A stretch of 35,641 nt of DNA from a virus. Positions 1-8,070 of this stretch are shown here, piece after piece. Location of the stretch: IMG/VR virus record IMGVR_UViG_3300045988_048484. One strand, given 5' to 3'. A program made the position numbers and the translations under genes. Each line of letters begins with the position of its first letter. Positions within the stretch are counted from its first letter, which is position 1. The notes below the pieces were generated by a model. That model saw nothing but the letters and a program-made list of their open reading frames with translations. It was not told where the DNA came from and searched no databases.

Positions 1-1081
1 GTTCACTGTCCGCCTTTATATTATACGACTTTTTACGTTCCGTTTCAACGGAACCCTGGCCGTTTTTCGCCACCTGGCGATCATACCATTCCTGATAGGT
101 TTCCCTTTTCGGCATAGGTTCGCCAGAATTGAACCAGTCCAGGGCGTCGTCTGGGTCGTGTTTTATGGTGGTACAGCGACAATTCGGGTGTAATAACGGA
201 TAGTTTTCGCCGGTGATCGCCTTCGCGACCTTGAAAATTCTTCCGTCCATAGCGCCGCAAGTTGGACAGGTTTCTTCGTTGTGACCGGCCACGAATTCAT
301 ATTCTTCGACGCCGGCTTCTTTATATCCCTGAAGAACTGCTTCGCTTTGAATATGGCCCATTTCAGTTCTGATCAGCCTTTCGGCCGTCTTATACGATTT
401 CCCCATAACAGAAGAAAGTTCCTGGGTCATTTTGTCAATGCTCGACCCGTGAATAATTCCTTTCGTTATGGTTTCTCTGATCGCGAACGGTAGGACCTGT
501 TTCACATTACGCCACAGGCGATCGGAAAACATAGCGCCGGACCAGGGATAAGAAACAGCGGCTTCGACCTGGGCCGTGTCGATCTTCGCGATTTCGTTGA
601 AGAATCCGGCCCTGGATTGAATGTCGTAACACTGTTTATAATAGCCTTCTATAAAGGCGTCCCCGAATTCTTCTTTCATCTGGGCGACGCCTTTGTCAAA
701 AAGGTCGTTCAGAATCAGGTCGATCTGGCCCTGTAAGGCTTCCAGACGGGAAATAGAACTGTTCGCCGATAAGGCGTCAAGCTGTGCAGTCAGAAGCGCC
801 CTGGCGTGGGCGTCTGTGGTCTGGGCGATCTGGGCGACGTATGCGTCCAGGCTTGCCTTCCATTCCTGGAATTCCTTCCGGTTCAGAAGGCGGACGGCCT
901 GATCGTATGTAAGACCATACTTTCCGGCATATTTCGAATAGAACCCGTCGATTTCGCGGCGGATCGCCTTCGCGGCCGTTTCGTATTCCTGGAACATTTT
1001 CGCCGAAAGACCGGCGCCGCGAAGATAGGCTTCATTCTCACGCTGTAAGGCGCGCGCGGCCCAGTATTCCTTATTCCTCAT
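1..1081 (-). CDS. Minor head (head morphogenesis) protein, SPP1 gp7 / Mu F-like, N-terminal 360 codons. The ORF runs off the window start and continues in frame at 35586..35096 across the circular junction (523 aa in total)
   Basis: Own translation from ATG at 1081-1079 (ATGAGGAATAA overlaps the portal stop): MRNKEYWAARALQRENEAYL...ERLIRTEMGHIQSEAVLQGYKEAGVEEYEFVAGHNEETCPTCGAMDGRIFKV...YPLLHPNCRCTT. No stop occurs down to position 1. It is missing from the ORF track because it has no stop inside the window. It lies directly after the portal gene. Confidence 0.9.
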   Translation of the reverse strand, partial: MRNKEYWAARALQRENEAYLRGAGLSAKMFQEYETAAKAIRREIDGFYSKYAGKYGLTYDQAVRLLNRKEFQEWKASLDAYVAQIAQTTDAHARALLTAQLDALSANSSISRLEALQGQIDLILNDLFDKGVAQMKEEFGDAFIEGYYKQCYDIQSRAGFFNEIAKIDTAQVEAAVSYPWSGAMFSDRLWRNVKQVLPFAIRETITKGIIHGSSIDKMTQELSSVMGKSYKTAERLIRTEMGHIQSEAVLQGYKEAGVEEYEFVAGHNEETCPTCGAMDGRIFKVAKAITGENYPLLHPNCRCTTIKHDPDDALDWFNSGEPMPKRETYQEWYDRQVAKNGQGSVETERKKSYNIKADSE

Positions 1082-2567
1082 TTACGCCACCACCATTCAG
1101 GCCGGCGCCATTGTCGCCGCCTTCCTGGCCGGCGTTCGCGCCCAGGCTATTATTGAAAAGACCTTCGCCGAATTCTTCCATAGCGGCCTTCTTTTCTTCG
1201 TTGATACGGTCCAGTTCTTCGTCTGCGTCTGCGACCCAGGGGTGATTCTGAAGAATGGTTCGTTTCGACAGAAGTCCGTCGCTGTTTCTGGCGTTGTTGA
1301 TCACGTCGGTTTCATTGACAGGAAGGTCCATATTGAAGATAATGTCGAATTCTTCGTTCGTGAAGTCGCCCTGGCCGGTGATCTGAAGATAGACGTCAAT
1401 GAACAGTTTCAGACGTTGGAAGGTGTCTTTCAGTTCGGTTCCCAGGGAATCACAGTCCGCGTCAAGGTCCATATATCGGAAGTTGATCGCGGTTCCGGAA
1501 GCGTTACCCAGTTCAGGGTCCTTCGTATCGACAGCGGCGGCGAAGTCATACACGTCGCGGCGCTGTTTATCCAGGAAGGCCATGACAGCGTCGATATTCA
1601 GGTCGGCCTGAAGTTTATCCACGCCACCGTCAGTCGTGACTTTGATCGCCATGTGTTCCTTCAGGTCCTTCAGGAATTCGGCCAGGTCCTGACCGCCATA
1701 GTTGCGAAGGATATAGATGAACTTCGCGACGTCACGAAGAACGTCGGCCGTGACGGACGTCTGCCAGTTGATGTCGTCGATCAGGTCCTTAATGAAATAA
1801 CAAAGGGGAAGTTCTTCTTCGTTATACTTCAGCCAGGCGATCGGCGCTTCCTCCCAGTTATAGGCTTTGTCGCCGACGACGAAGTGGGGTTCGGTGTAGT
1901 CGTTGGTTTCGTCGCCGTGTTCCTTGTCGACGTGGAACTGACCGGCGCCGGTTCCGGCGAAGGCGTCAGTCTTGAACCACTTCACGCCGCCAGACCACCA
2001 GAATTCCGCGTGTGTGATAACGTGTTTTCTGGTCCCGATATAAATGATCTGATCATAGAATCGAATGAAGGCGTCCAGTTTGGTTCGTTCTGCGTCCTTC
2101 CACAAAGGGATCAGTTCGTTCGAAGGGATTCGCATGAAGGCCAGTTTCCCTTCGTCGAAGTAAGGCTGAAGCCAGGCAATACCGGACTTCACAGCGCCCT
2201 TTCCCAGTGACTTAATCTTCCGGCGGAATGTGGCGTCGAATACCTTGTTCAAGGCGTCGCCATAGGCGCCGTTCGCGGTGTCCACGGTCCAGGGTTTCGA
2301 CAGAAGGTAGTTCGCTTTCTGGTCGACAAGTTTCTTCAGAATCGGGTGTTCGATCCTGGTGTTCGACCGGTTGGCGACGTCATTCGTCTTCTTCTGGACG
2401 TCGGACCTGTTTCTGTAATAGGATTCAGCCTGAACAATATTCTGATACTGTTCGGACTGTTTGAATTCGCGGATTTCCTCACTGACGATCTGGGCCAGTG
2501 ACATAGTCGCGTTTTCGGGGTTGGACAGGACAGCGTTGATCCGGTCCATAACCGATAGTTCAGCCAT
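1071..2567 (-). CDS. Portal protein (SPP1 gp6-like family)
   Basis: 498 aa ORF immediately downstream of terL. Its size, acidic/Gly-rich C-terminus and sequence style (QAESYYRNRSDVQKK..., WLQPYFDE...) fit SPP1-type portals. Confidence 0.9.
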   Translation of the reverse strand: MAELSVMDRINAVLSNPENATMSLAQIVSEEIREFKQSEQYQNIVQAESYYRNRSDVQKKTNDVANRSNTRIEHPILKKLVDQKANYLLSKPWTVDTANGAYGDALNKVFDATFRRKIKSLGKGAVKSGIAWLQPYFDEGKLAFMRIPSNELIPLWKDAERTKLDAFIRFYDQIIYIGTRKHVITHAEFWWSGGVKWFKTDAFAGTGAGQFHVDKEHGDETNDYTEPHFVVGDKAYNWEEAPIAWLKYNEEELPLCYFIKDLIDDINWQTSVTADVLRDVAKFIYILRNYGGQDLAEFLKDLKEHMAIKVTTDGGVDKLQADLNIDAVMAFLDKQRRDVYDFAAAVDTKDPELGNASGTAINFRYMDLDADCDSLGTELKDTFQRLKLFIDVYLQITGQGDFTNEEFDIIFNMDLPVNETDVINNARNSDGLLSKRTILQNHPWVADADEELDRINEEKKAAMEEFGEGLFNNSLGANAGQEGGDNGAGLNGGGVNEE

Positions 2568-2577
2568 TTTTCACACC

Positions 2578-3849
2578 TCATTTCAATACTTCGATAGCAG
2601 AACCACGACGAAGACGTTCGACAGCATAACGAAGGGCCGCCATAGCGTCGTCCATGAATTCGACCGGTTCGTCGATATACAGGCCGGACGTGGCGTCCTT
2701 TTTCCATTTCCACTGTTGAACTTCCTTCAGGACATTTACACAAGACGGGTGAATGTGGATTTTTCGGCCCTTCAGCCAGTCAATTTGTGCCTTGACGCTT
2801 CCAGGTTCCTTCTTCACAGCGGCCGCCCTGAAGCCGGCCTTCTGCCAGGTCTTGATTCTGTCTGGTTCCGCTGAATCACAGAACATTTCGACGCGTTGGT
2901 CGACCTTGTTCTGTTTGGCCAGGTTGATAATTTCTTCCGTGTCCTTCTCAAAGACATAGATTTCGGAACAGATATAGATTTCACCGTCCCGTGATCCCAC
3001 GCCCAGAATGGCGTCGGCGTGGTTATATCCGAAGTCCTGGCCATAATAGAAGGCGTCGAAGTTGGTCTTCGCCGTCGGGAAGTCATGGACTTCGAAGTTC
3101 GTCAGGATCAGGCCGCCCAGTTCGCCCCATTCACCTTCACCGTATACGCGATAACCTTCAGGGTCTTCTTCACGGCGGCGTTCCATACGTCGATAATACG
3201 CCGGATCAATGAACCGGTTTGTCTTATATGTGGAATGGTGGGCCAGAACGTCCGGATCGGCCTTGTCGAAGTATCGGCCTTTGATCCAGTGCGTCGCGCT
3301 GACGGGGTTGAAGGTCATTGTGATCTGGTAATACAGATTCGGGTTCAGGCCGTCCAGGTTACCACGAAGACGGTCGTCCAGAATGTCGACGTCTTCAGAC
3401 AGAAGTTCCGTCGCTTCCTCACACCATATCCACGTCAGTTTTCCGTTCTTGAAGGTGATCGACTTCACCTTTTCGCGCTGTCGCTGATCCTTGACGCCGC
3501 GAAATATGATTCTGTTTCCGGTGATCTTACATTCCAGGGACAACGGGTTCAAGTTGACCTTCCAGAAGCGTTCAGCGTAAGGGCCGAACATTCGGAAGAT
3601 CGCCGCCTGTAATTCTGCGAAGGTGCTGTCGCGGTTGGTTTCTTCGATCTTGCGAACGACAAGAAGGTTCGCGCCGGTATACGCCGGATCGGACAACTTC
3701 GCGATATAGTCCTGGGCGATATTCACAGACTTTCCGGAACCGGCCGATCCCTTCAGGATTCTATAACGGCCGCGCCATTCGTTCACCGGTCGGAATACGG
3801 GGTTAAACTGGGCCGACGCTTTGAATTCAATCTTCGCCGCCGTAGTCAT
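2578..3849 (-). CDS. terL: Terminase large subunit
   Basis: 423 aa with a Walker A-like KGSAGSGKS near the N-terminus and a C-terminal nuclease-like region. It overlaps the terS end by 23 nt. Confidence 0.92.
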   Translation of the reverse strand: MTTAAKIEFKASAQFNPVFRPVNEWRGRYRILKGSAGSGKSVNIAQDYIAKLSDPAYTGANLLVVRKIEETNRDSTFAELQAAIFRMFGPYAERFWKVNLNPLSLECKITGNRIIFRGVKDQRQREKVKSITFKNGKLTWIWCEEATELLSEDVDILDDRLRGNLDGLNPNLYYQITMTFNPVSATHWIKGRYFDKADPDVLAHHSTYKTNRFIDPAYYRRMERRREEDPEGYRVYGEGEWGELGGLILTNFEVHDFPTAKTNFDAFYYGQDFGYNHADAILGVGSRDGEIYICSEIYVFEKDTEEIINLAKQNKVDQRVEMFCDSAEPDRIKTWQKAGFRAAAVKKEPGSVKAQIDWLKGRKIHIHPSCVNVLKEVQQWKWKKDATSGLYIDEPVEFMDDAMAALRYAVERLRRGSAIEVLK

Positions 3850-4354
3850 AATTGATCACCACCGTTACAGGGACATTCGCTTCAGGGTTGTCCTTGAACA
3901 TTCCCAGGTGACGGCCGCACATTTCAAGTGCCTTCAGTTTGTCGCACAGTTTGACTTCGCGTTCGATAGCTTGTTCTATAATAGGATCACCGTTTTCGTC
4001 AAAGTCTTTGTGTGGGACATACTTGACCTTCATTCCGGAAATGACCGCCAGATCGTCTTCACTGGCGTCTGACAGGACTTCGGCCGTTTGGAAGTCAATG
4101 ACCTTTGTCGGATTCAGGAAGGCGATTCTTCCCAGTTCCCGAAGAACCCTGTCGGCGTTGATTCCGGTTCGCTTCGACCGTTCGGCCATAGCGGTATCAA
4201 TACGCGCGCGAATTTCAGGTTTCGTCAAGTTTTCACTTCCAATTGATCCGGCGGATTCCACAGAATATCCGGCGCGAATTGCGGCCTGTGTCGCGTTCAG
4301 GTCGATCAGATATTCTTCACAGAAGCGTTCTTGTTTTGCTGTCAGCTTCGGCAT
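3827..4354 (-). CDS. terS: Terminase small subunit (Terminase_2-like)
   Basis: N-terminus MPKLTAKQERFCEEYLIDLNATQAAIRAGYS is the typical small-terminase HTH signature. It sits immediately upstream of terL. Confidence 0.9.
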   Translation of the reverse strand: MPKLTAKQERFCEEYLIDLNATQAAIRAGYSVESAGSIGSENLTKPEIRARIDTAMAERSKRTGINADRVLRELGRIAFLNPTKVIDFQTAEVLSDASEDDLAVISGMKVKYVPHKDFDENGDPIIEQAIEREVKLCDKLKALEMCGRHLGMFKDNPEANVPVTVVINYDYGGED

Positions 4355-4394
4355 GATTCACACCGTCCTTTCTGTATAATCAATGAATGGGTAC

Positions 4395-4420
4395 AAAAAA
4401 GACACTCCCGAAGGAATGTC
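4395..4420 (-). terminator. Rho-independent terminator-like hairpin in the leader of terS
   Basis: Minus-strand RNA GACAUUCC-UUCG-GGGAGUGUC forms an 8-bp stem (one G-U pair) with a UUCG loop, followed by UUUUUUG. It lies about 40 nt upstream of the terS ATG. Confidence 0.6.
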
Positions 4421-4471
4421 TTCAATGTACCCTATTCAAAGGAGGGTGGACTTTCAGTCGTCCACGATACC

Positions 4472-4500
4472 ATAATATCATATAAAAACTGCCTTGTCAG
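4472..4500 (-). promoter_or_regulatory. Candidate late promoter (-35 CTGACA, 17-nt spacer, -10 TATTAT) abutting the 10-bp repeat array
   Basis: The minus strand reads CTGACA(4500-4495)-aggcagtttttatatga-TATTAT(4477-4472). It is directly downstream of the repeats at 4501-4540. Confidence 0.4.
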
Positions 4501-4540
4501 TTGCAAAGAGTTGCAAACAGTTGCAAACAGTTGCACATAG
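4501..4540. repeat. Four tandem 10-bp repeats (TTGCAAASAG-like), in phase with the DNA helix
   Basis: ttgcaaagag ttgcaaacag ttgcaaacag ttgcacatag. The array lies between the tRNA and the terS leader. Confidence 0.85.
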
Positions 4541-4559
4541 TTTCATATTTTTTATATTT

Positions 4560-4644
4560 TGGTGCGGACAAGGGGATTCGAACCCCTATGGAATGAACCA
4601 CGCGGTCCTGAACCGCGCGCGTCTGCCAGTTCCGCCATGTCCGC
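4560..4644 (-). tRNA. tRNA-Leu (anticodon CAG), type II, with encoded CCA
   Basis: The reverse complement GCGGACATGGCGGAACTGGCAGACGCGCGCGGTTCAGGACCGCGTGGTTCATTCCATAGGGGTTCGAATCCCCTTGTCCGCACCA folds as a cloverleaf. Acceptor stem GCGGACA/TGTCCGC, D arm GCG/CGC, anticodon stem CGCGG/CCGCG with loop TTCAGGA, a 13-nt variable arm, and T arm AGGGG-TTCGAAT-CCCCT. Confidence 0.9.
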
Positions 4645-4678
4645 GCGTTGTGCCTGGGGTTGCCAGGCACGTTTCAGG

Positions 4679-5173
4679 CTATGTAAACCACTTCGATCGT
4701 TCGGCCCTGTTGAACAATTTGTTCAGGGCGATTTCTCTTTGACGGTAGACTGTGGTTCTGTCCACCTGAAGGAATTCAGCGGCTTCTTCGTATGACCTGT
4801 AAGGGTAATACAGGGCCAGAAGGACGCATTTTGAACGGGTGTCCAGTGTCAGGACCAGGGACCGGACTTCTTCGATCTGGCGAAGCTGACGTTCCAGGTT
4901 CGCGATCGCTTCGTCTGCTCTGGCGCGCCGGCGGTCACGTCGGTCGACCATTCGGACCAGGTTCCCGTCTGGTTCTGGTGAAGAAGCGCGGACGCCCGTC
5001 GGGTTTATGGCCGTGGAAGGATAGGCGCCCGACATAAGTATTTCTTCCAGATCGTATTCCAGGGATTCTTTTTCGGCGGCGATCTGTGCTTCTATGACGC
5101 GCGCTTCCTGGTCGTGGTTCCGAAGTATATCCATGACCCTTGTTCTGACTTGACTTTCTTTCGGTTTGTCCAT
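4679..5173 (-). CDS. Sigma-70 region-4-like / RinA-ArpU-type putative late transcriptional activator
   Basis: The C-terminal HTH reads SYEEAAEFLQVDRTTVYRQREIALNKL. This is the last protein gene before the packaging module, the usual position for late activators. Confidence 0.55.
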   Translation of the reverse strand: MDKPKESQVRTRVMDILRNHDQEARVIEAQIAAEKESLEYDLEEILMSGAYPSTAINPTGVRASSPEPDGNLVRMVDRRDRRRARADEAIANLERQLRQIEEVRSLVLTLDTRSKCVLLALYYPYRSYEEAAEFLQVDRTTVYRQREIALNKLFNRAERSKWFT

Positions 5174-5203
5174 TTTTCTTCACCACCTTTCCGACACTTC
5201 GGA

Positions 5204-5596
5204 TTAAAACGGAATGTCTTCGTCTTCGCCCACTTCTTCGAAGTCGCCGGAAGCATAAGCGTTAGCGGCATAACTGCCGGCTTCCGCGTCTTTCTTCGCG
5301 TCTGCGAAATAGACAGAATCGGCCACGACTTCGACGGCCTTTCTTTTTCTGCCTTCGTTGTCTTCCCAGGTTCTGGTCTGGATAGAACCGACGACGGCGA
5401 TCCTGGTTCCTTTCTGGAAGTGCTTCGAAATGAATTCGGCGGTCTGTCGCCAGGCCACGACGTCAATGAAGTCGGCCTTCTCTCTGTTGAAGCGGCGGTC
5501 GACGGCCAGGGAAAACGACACGACGGCCGTTCCCTGTGGGGTGTATTTCAGTTCTGGATCGCGTGTCATGCGGCCCAGAAGTTGACATTGATTCAT
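5204..5596 (-). CDS. ssb: Single-stranded DNA-binding protein
   Basis: OB-fold N-terminus MNQCQLLGRMTRDPELKYTPQGTAVVSFSLAV and an acidic tail ending in DIPF. Confidence 0.92.
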   Translation of the reverse strand: MNQCQLLGRMTRDPELKYTPQGTAVVSFSLAVDRRFNREKADFIDVVAWRQTAEFISKHFQKGTRIAVVGSIQTRTWEDNEGRKRKAVEVVADSVYFADAKKDAEAGSYAANAYASGDFEEVGEDEDIPF

Positions 5597-5616
5597 GTGG
5601 TTTCCTCGCTTTCGGT

Positions 5617-6024
5617 TTAGAATTTCTTCCCGTGTTTATATGGGCGGCCTTCGTTATATGCCATTTTCTCACGGATAGCGGCGTCCAGGTCGATTCCCAG
5701 GTGTCCGCAAAGGTCCGCGATCCGGATCACAGCGTCAGCCAGTTCGACGGCCACGCCTTCGGGTTTTTTGCTTCTGTACTTGCACAGATTTTCTTTACCG
5801 TACATAAGGCAGTCAGTTTCGTCCTGTGGCGCGCAAGTGCTGACGCCGTCAGCTTCGTTGCATTTATACCAGACCATAGGACGACCTTCGCGTTCTTCTT
5901 CCAGTGCTTCAGAAAGTTCGCTGTGGATCAATGCGATAGCGGTTCCGAAGTCAATGGGCGGATTCCAGAAGTCGTGATTCACGGCGTTTTCGTGGGCCTT
6001 CTTGACCATTTCGTTAATTTCCAT
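5617..6024 (-). CDS. mazG: MazG-like nucleotide pyrophosphohydrolase
   Basis: 135 aa with HSELSEALEEER and the AVELADAVIRIADL helix pair typical of phage MazG. Confidence 0.75.
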   Translation of the reverse strand: MEINEMVKKAHENAVNHDFWNPPIDFGTAIALIHSELSEALEEEREGRPMVWYKCNEADGVSTCAPQDETDCLMYGKENLCKYRSKKPEGVAVELADAVIRIADLCGHLGIDLDAAIREKMAYNEGRPYKHGKKF

Positions 6025-6030
6025 GCTGTT

Positions 6031-6564
6031 TTACCTCCCAATTTCAGATATGACTTTGATTCGTACTTCCTGGCGGCCGAACTGAAGGGCGGCTTCGTGG
6101 TCTTCGAAGTAGACGTCGATCTTCAGGCCCTTAATGGCGCCGCCGCGATCCTGAACTATGTATTTCCCCAGGCCTTCGATCTGAAGGACGGTTCCAGGCG
6201 GATAGACGTCCCAGTCAGCGGCGATCGTGACGCCTTCCTGGGCGATAGCGCCCGACGCGGTGTAGACGATACCGTTCGGCCGGTTTTCGGCCCACGCGCC
6301 ACAGCATTTTTCACAGGGACAGTAAGCCGTCGCCGTGACGGTCGTCCAGGCTTCTTCTGGCGGCTTTGTTTCGTCCGGTAGGGGAAGAATAGGGGCGGAC
6401 GGTTTAGACGTCGCCAGGGGCGCCAGAATCGCTTCCTGGGCGCCTTTTGTTTCTTCCTGGACAATTCCTTCGGCGGCCGCCGGTTCGGCCGCCATAACGA
6501 AGGACGTACACACCAGGACGCTTCCCAGAAGCAGACACAGGAAACTAAATGTCAGTTGTTTCAT
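6031..6564 (-). CDS. Secreted 3D-domain (MltA/RlpA-like double-psi beta-barrel) cell-wall protein
   Basis: Signal peptide MKQLTFSFLCLLLGSVLVCTSFVMA. The C-terminus TATAYCPCEKCCG...GTVLQIEGLGKYIVQDRGGAIKGLKIDVYF matches the 3D-domain pattern. Confidence 0.75.
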   Translation of the reverse strand: MKQLTFSFLCLLLGSVLVCTSFVMAAEPAAAEGIVQEETKGAQEAILAPLATSKPSAPILPLPDETKPPEEAWTTVTATAYCPCEKCCGAWAENRPNGIVYTASGAIAQEGVTIAADWDVYPPGTVLQIEGLGKYIVQDRGGAIKGLKIDVYFEDHEAALQFGRQEVRIKVISEIGR

Positions 6565-7042
6565 TTCGGTTCACCTTCCTTTTCGGGGATCGCCTTGATT
6601 CCCAGATTATCTTCGGGCCGGTTGGATATTTTTCGGGCATTTCGCGCGGTCGGCTTGGTACTGACCACCCATTCGCCTTTCCTTCAGTCATTCCGATCTG
6701 TTTGAAGCCGGCGGCGCGTAGACTGGCGCCAGATTCCGACGGTAGGGTGTAGGTGATGATTCGGCGATACCCCATAGCGCGCGCCGCGCGCCAGGCGGCC
6801 GCATACAGAAGCGAATTCGCGTTTTTGTGTCCTTCGATCACGCAACAACGGGTTATTTCTGCCGTTTTTCCGTCGTCGTTCCGTCTTGCAATAGGCCGCC
6901 CAACGGTGACGACGCCGATCAAAACGCCGTCTTCCTTAACTCCGATACTGAATTTCTGGCCTTGCGGCGCTACATTGTGACGGTGATGTTCGTTCACGAA
7001 TTCCTTTGCTTCTTTGAAGGTTATCGGTGTTATTTCAATCAT
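6545..7042 (-). CDS. GNAT-fold (XF1762-like) acetyltransferase-like protein
   Basis: 165 aa. The FSIGV..DGVLIGVVTVGRP...TRCCV...YRRIITYT pattern resembles small GNAT-like proteins often found next to phage methylases. The start overlaps the methylase stop. Confidence 0.5.
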   Translation of the reverse strand: MIEITPITFKEAKEFVNEHHRHNVAPQGQKFSIGVKEDGVLIGVVTVGRPIARRNDDGKTAEITRCCVIEGHKNANSLLYAAAWRAARAMGYRRIITYTLPSESGASLRAAGFKQIGMTEGKANGWSVPSRPREMPEKYPTGPKIIWESRRSPKRKVNRNETTDI

Positions 7043-7587
7043 TCACGACACCGCCTTCCACTTCGTCGCCCCAGGCGTCCCACCCAGGGGCCGTCTGTCT
7101 GGCGAATAACTCGATTCGTGATACCCCCCCCCGCAAGCCGAACTATACGGTCACGGGTTTCGGCCGGTTTCTCACTGTGGCGGCCGATCGGGGCGTCGAT
7201 TACACTGTGGACGGACGCGGAAGCGCGTTTCGGCTTGCCTTTTGTAGCCAGAAGGCAAACTTCGGCGTTCGCGCGTGTCCAGTTCCCCAGGCCCCAGAAC
7301 CAGGAAGGGGACTTCTTGTTCCTTTTTACCCAGACGAACGCGGCGGTCTTGTATGTAAAACCCCACCGTTTGATCGCTTCCAGGGCGACGTCCAGGTTCG
7401 GGAATGTGGCCCACATGAACAGAAGACAGTCGTCTTCGGCTATATCCTGGACTGGAAGGTCGAAGATGTCTTCCGGCTTCATGGTCTTATAATGCCTTTC
7501 GGCGTTTCGCGTGGCGCCGCCGGCGGCATAGTTCCAGGGTGGGTCAGCATAGATCACGGAATATTTCTTGTCTGGGAATGGTATCAT
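7039..7587 (-). CDS. MT-A70 family DNA N6-adenine methyltransferase, frameshifted at a G9 tract (C-terminus out of frame as assembled)
   Basis: It carries the DPPW motif (YADPPWNY) and HSEKPAETRDRIVRL. After the G9 run the frame reads ITNRVIRQTDGPW...; with one fewer G it reads VSRIELFARQTAPGWDAWGDEVEGGVVND, the canonical family C-terminus. Confidence 0.85.
   Translation of the reverse strand: MIPFPDKKYSVIYADPPWNYAAGGATRNAERHYKTMKPEDIFDLPVQDIAEDDCLLFMWATFPNLDVALEAIKRWGFTYKTAAFVWVKRNKKSPSWFWGLGNWTRANAEVCLLATKGKPKRASASVHSVIDAPIGRHSEKPAETRDRIVRLAGGGITNRVIRQTDGPWVGRLGRRSGRRCRE
7124..7132. repeat. Homopolymer C9 (G9 on the coding strand) inside the methyltransferase gene
   Basis: The plus strand reads ata-ccccccccc-gcaag. 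The coding strand reads CTT GCG GGG GGG GGT ATC. Confidence 0.95.
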
Positions 7588-7850
7588 GTGGCCACCGCCT
7601 TTCTGGCGGCCAGGTTTTCAGCCGACCGCTTTTCACAGTAGACGGAAAAGGCCATTTCGCGGATCACGTCGGGGATCAGTAAGACCAGGTATTCGTCACC
7701 GTAGCCGTCTTCACCCCATTCGCGGCCGGCGGACCGGTTCGCGACTTCCAGTTTCCTTCTGGCGTATTGTTCGGCGTCTGCGAAGAATACTGGACACAGT
7801 TCGACGCCCAGTTCGGCTTCGACTGCGATCTGAAGATCAGTCTTTTCCAT
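7584..7850 (-). CDS. Hypothetical protein (88 aa)
   Basis: ORF in the operon orientation. Its stop overlaps the methylase start (ATGA-type junction). No motif was recognised. Confidence 0.5.
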   Translation of the reverse strand: MEKTDLQIAVEAELGVELCPVFFADAEQYARRKLEVANRSAGREWGEDGYGDEYLVLLIPDVIREMAFSVYCEKRSAENLAARKAVAT

Positions 7851-8070
7851 GCTTCAGACCTCCCTTCAGGTGATCCGGCATTTCGGCCGGAAGGACGGCC
7901 TGGTGGACCAGGACAAGGTCACTTTCGTCCACCAGGGCCATATCGTCGAAAATGTCGAATGTCCCGTCCGTCAGGTTGACCGCGTTGTGTGGGCGGCGCG
8001 TCTTCAGGAAGGCCGTTCCGTTGTGTTCGAAGACGTCGCCGGCGTTCAGATTACCATACTTCACTTTCAT
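7837..8070 (-). CDS. Hypothetical small protein (77 aa; shortened from track ORF 7837..8295)
   Basis: An internal ATG at 8070 gives MKVKYGNLNAGDVFEHNG.... The longer ORF would overlap the VR1 gene by 245 nt in another frame. Confidence 0.4.
   Translation of the reverse strand: MKVKYGNLNAGDVFEHNGTAFLKTRRPHNAVNLTDGTFDIFDDMALVDESDLVLVHQAVLPAEMPDHLKGGLKHGKD

Noticed and set aside
1242-2210. A 322-aa plus-strand ORF
   Set aside because: It is an antisense shadow of the portal gene.
4501-4540. Possible CRISPR-like array
   Set aside because: The repeat units are only 10 bp and directly abut each other with no spacers. This is a tandem binding-site-type repeat.
5092-5620. Several overlapping ORFs in alternative frames around ssb, and similar ones throughout the track
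   Set aside because: They overlap genes with clear family signatures, lack an RBS, and have skewed R/P/S/G-rich composition. They are treated as non-coding frames.
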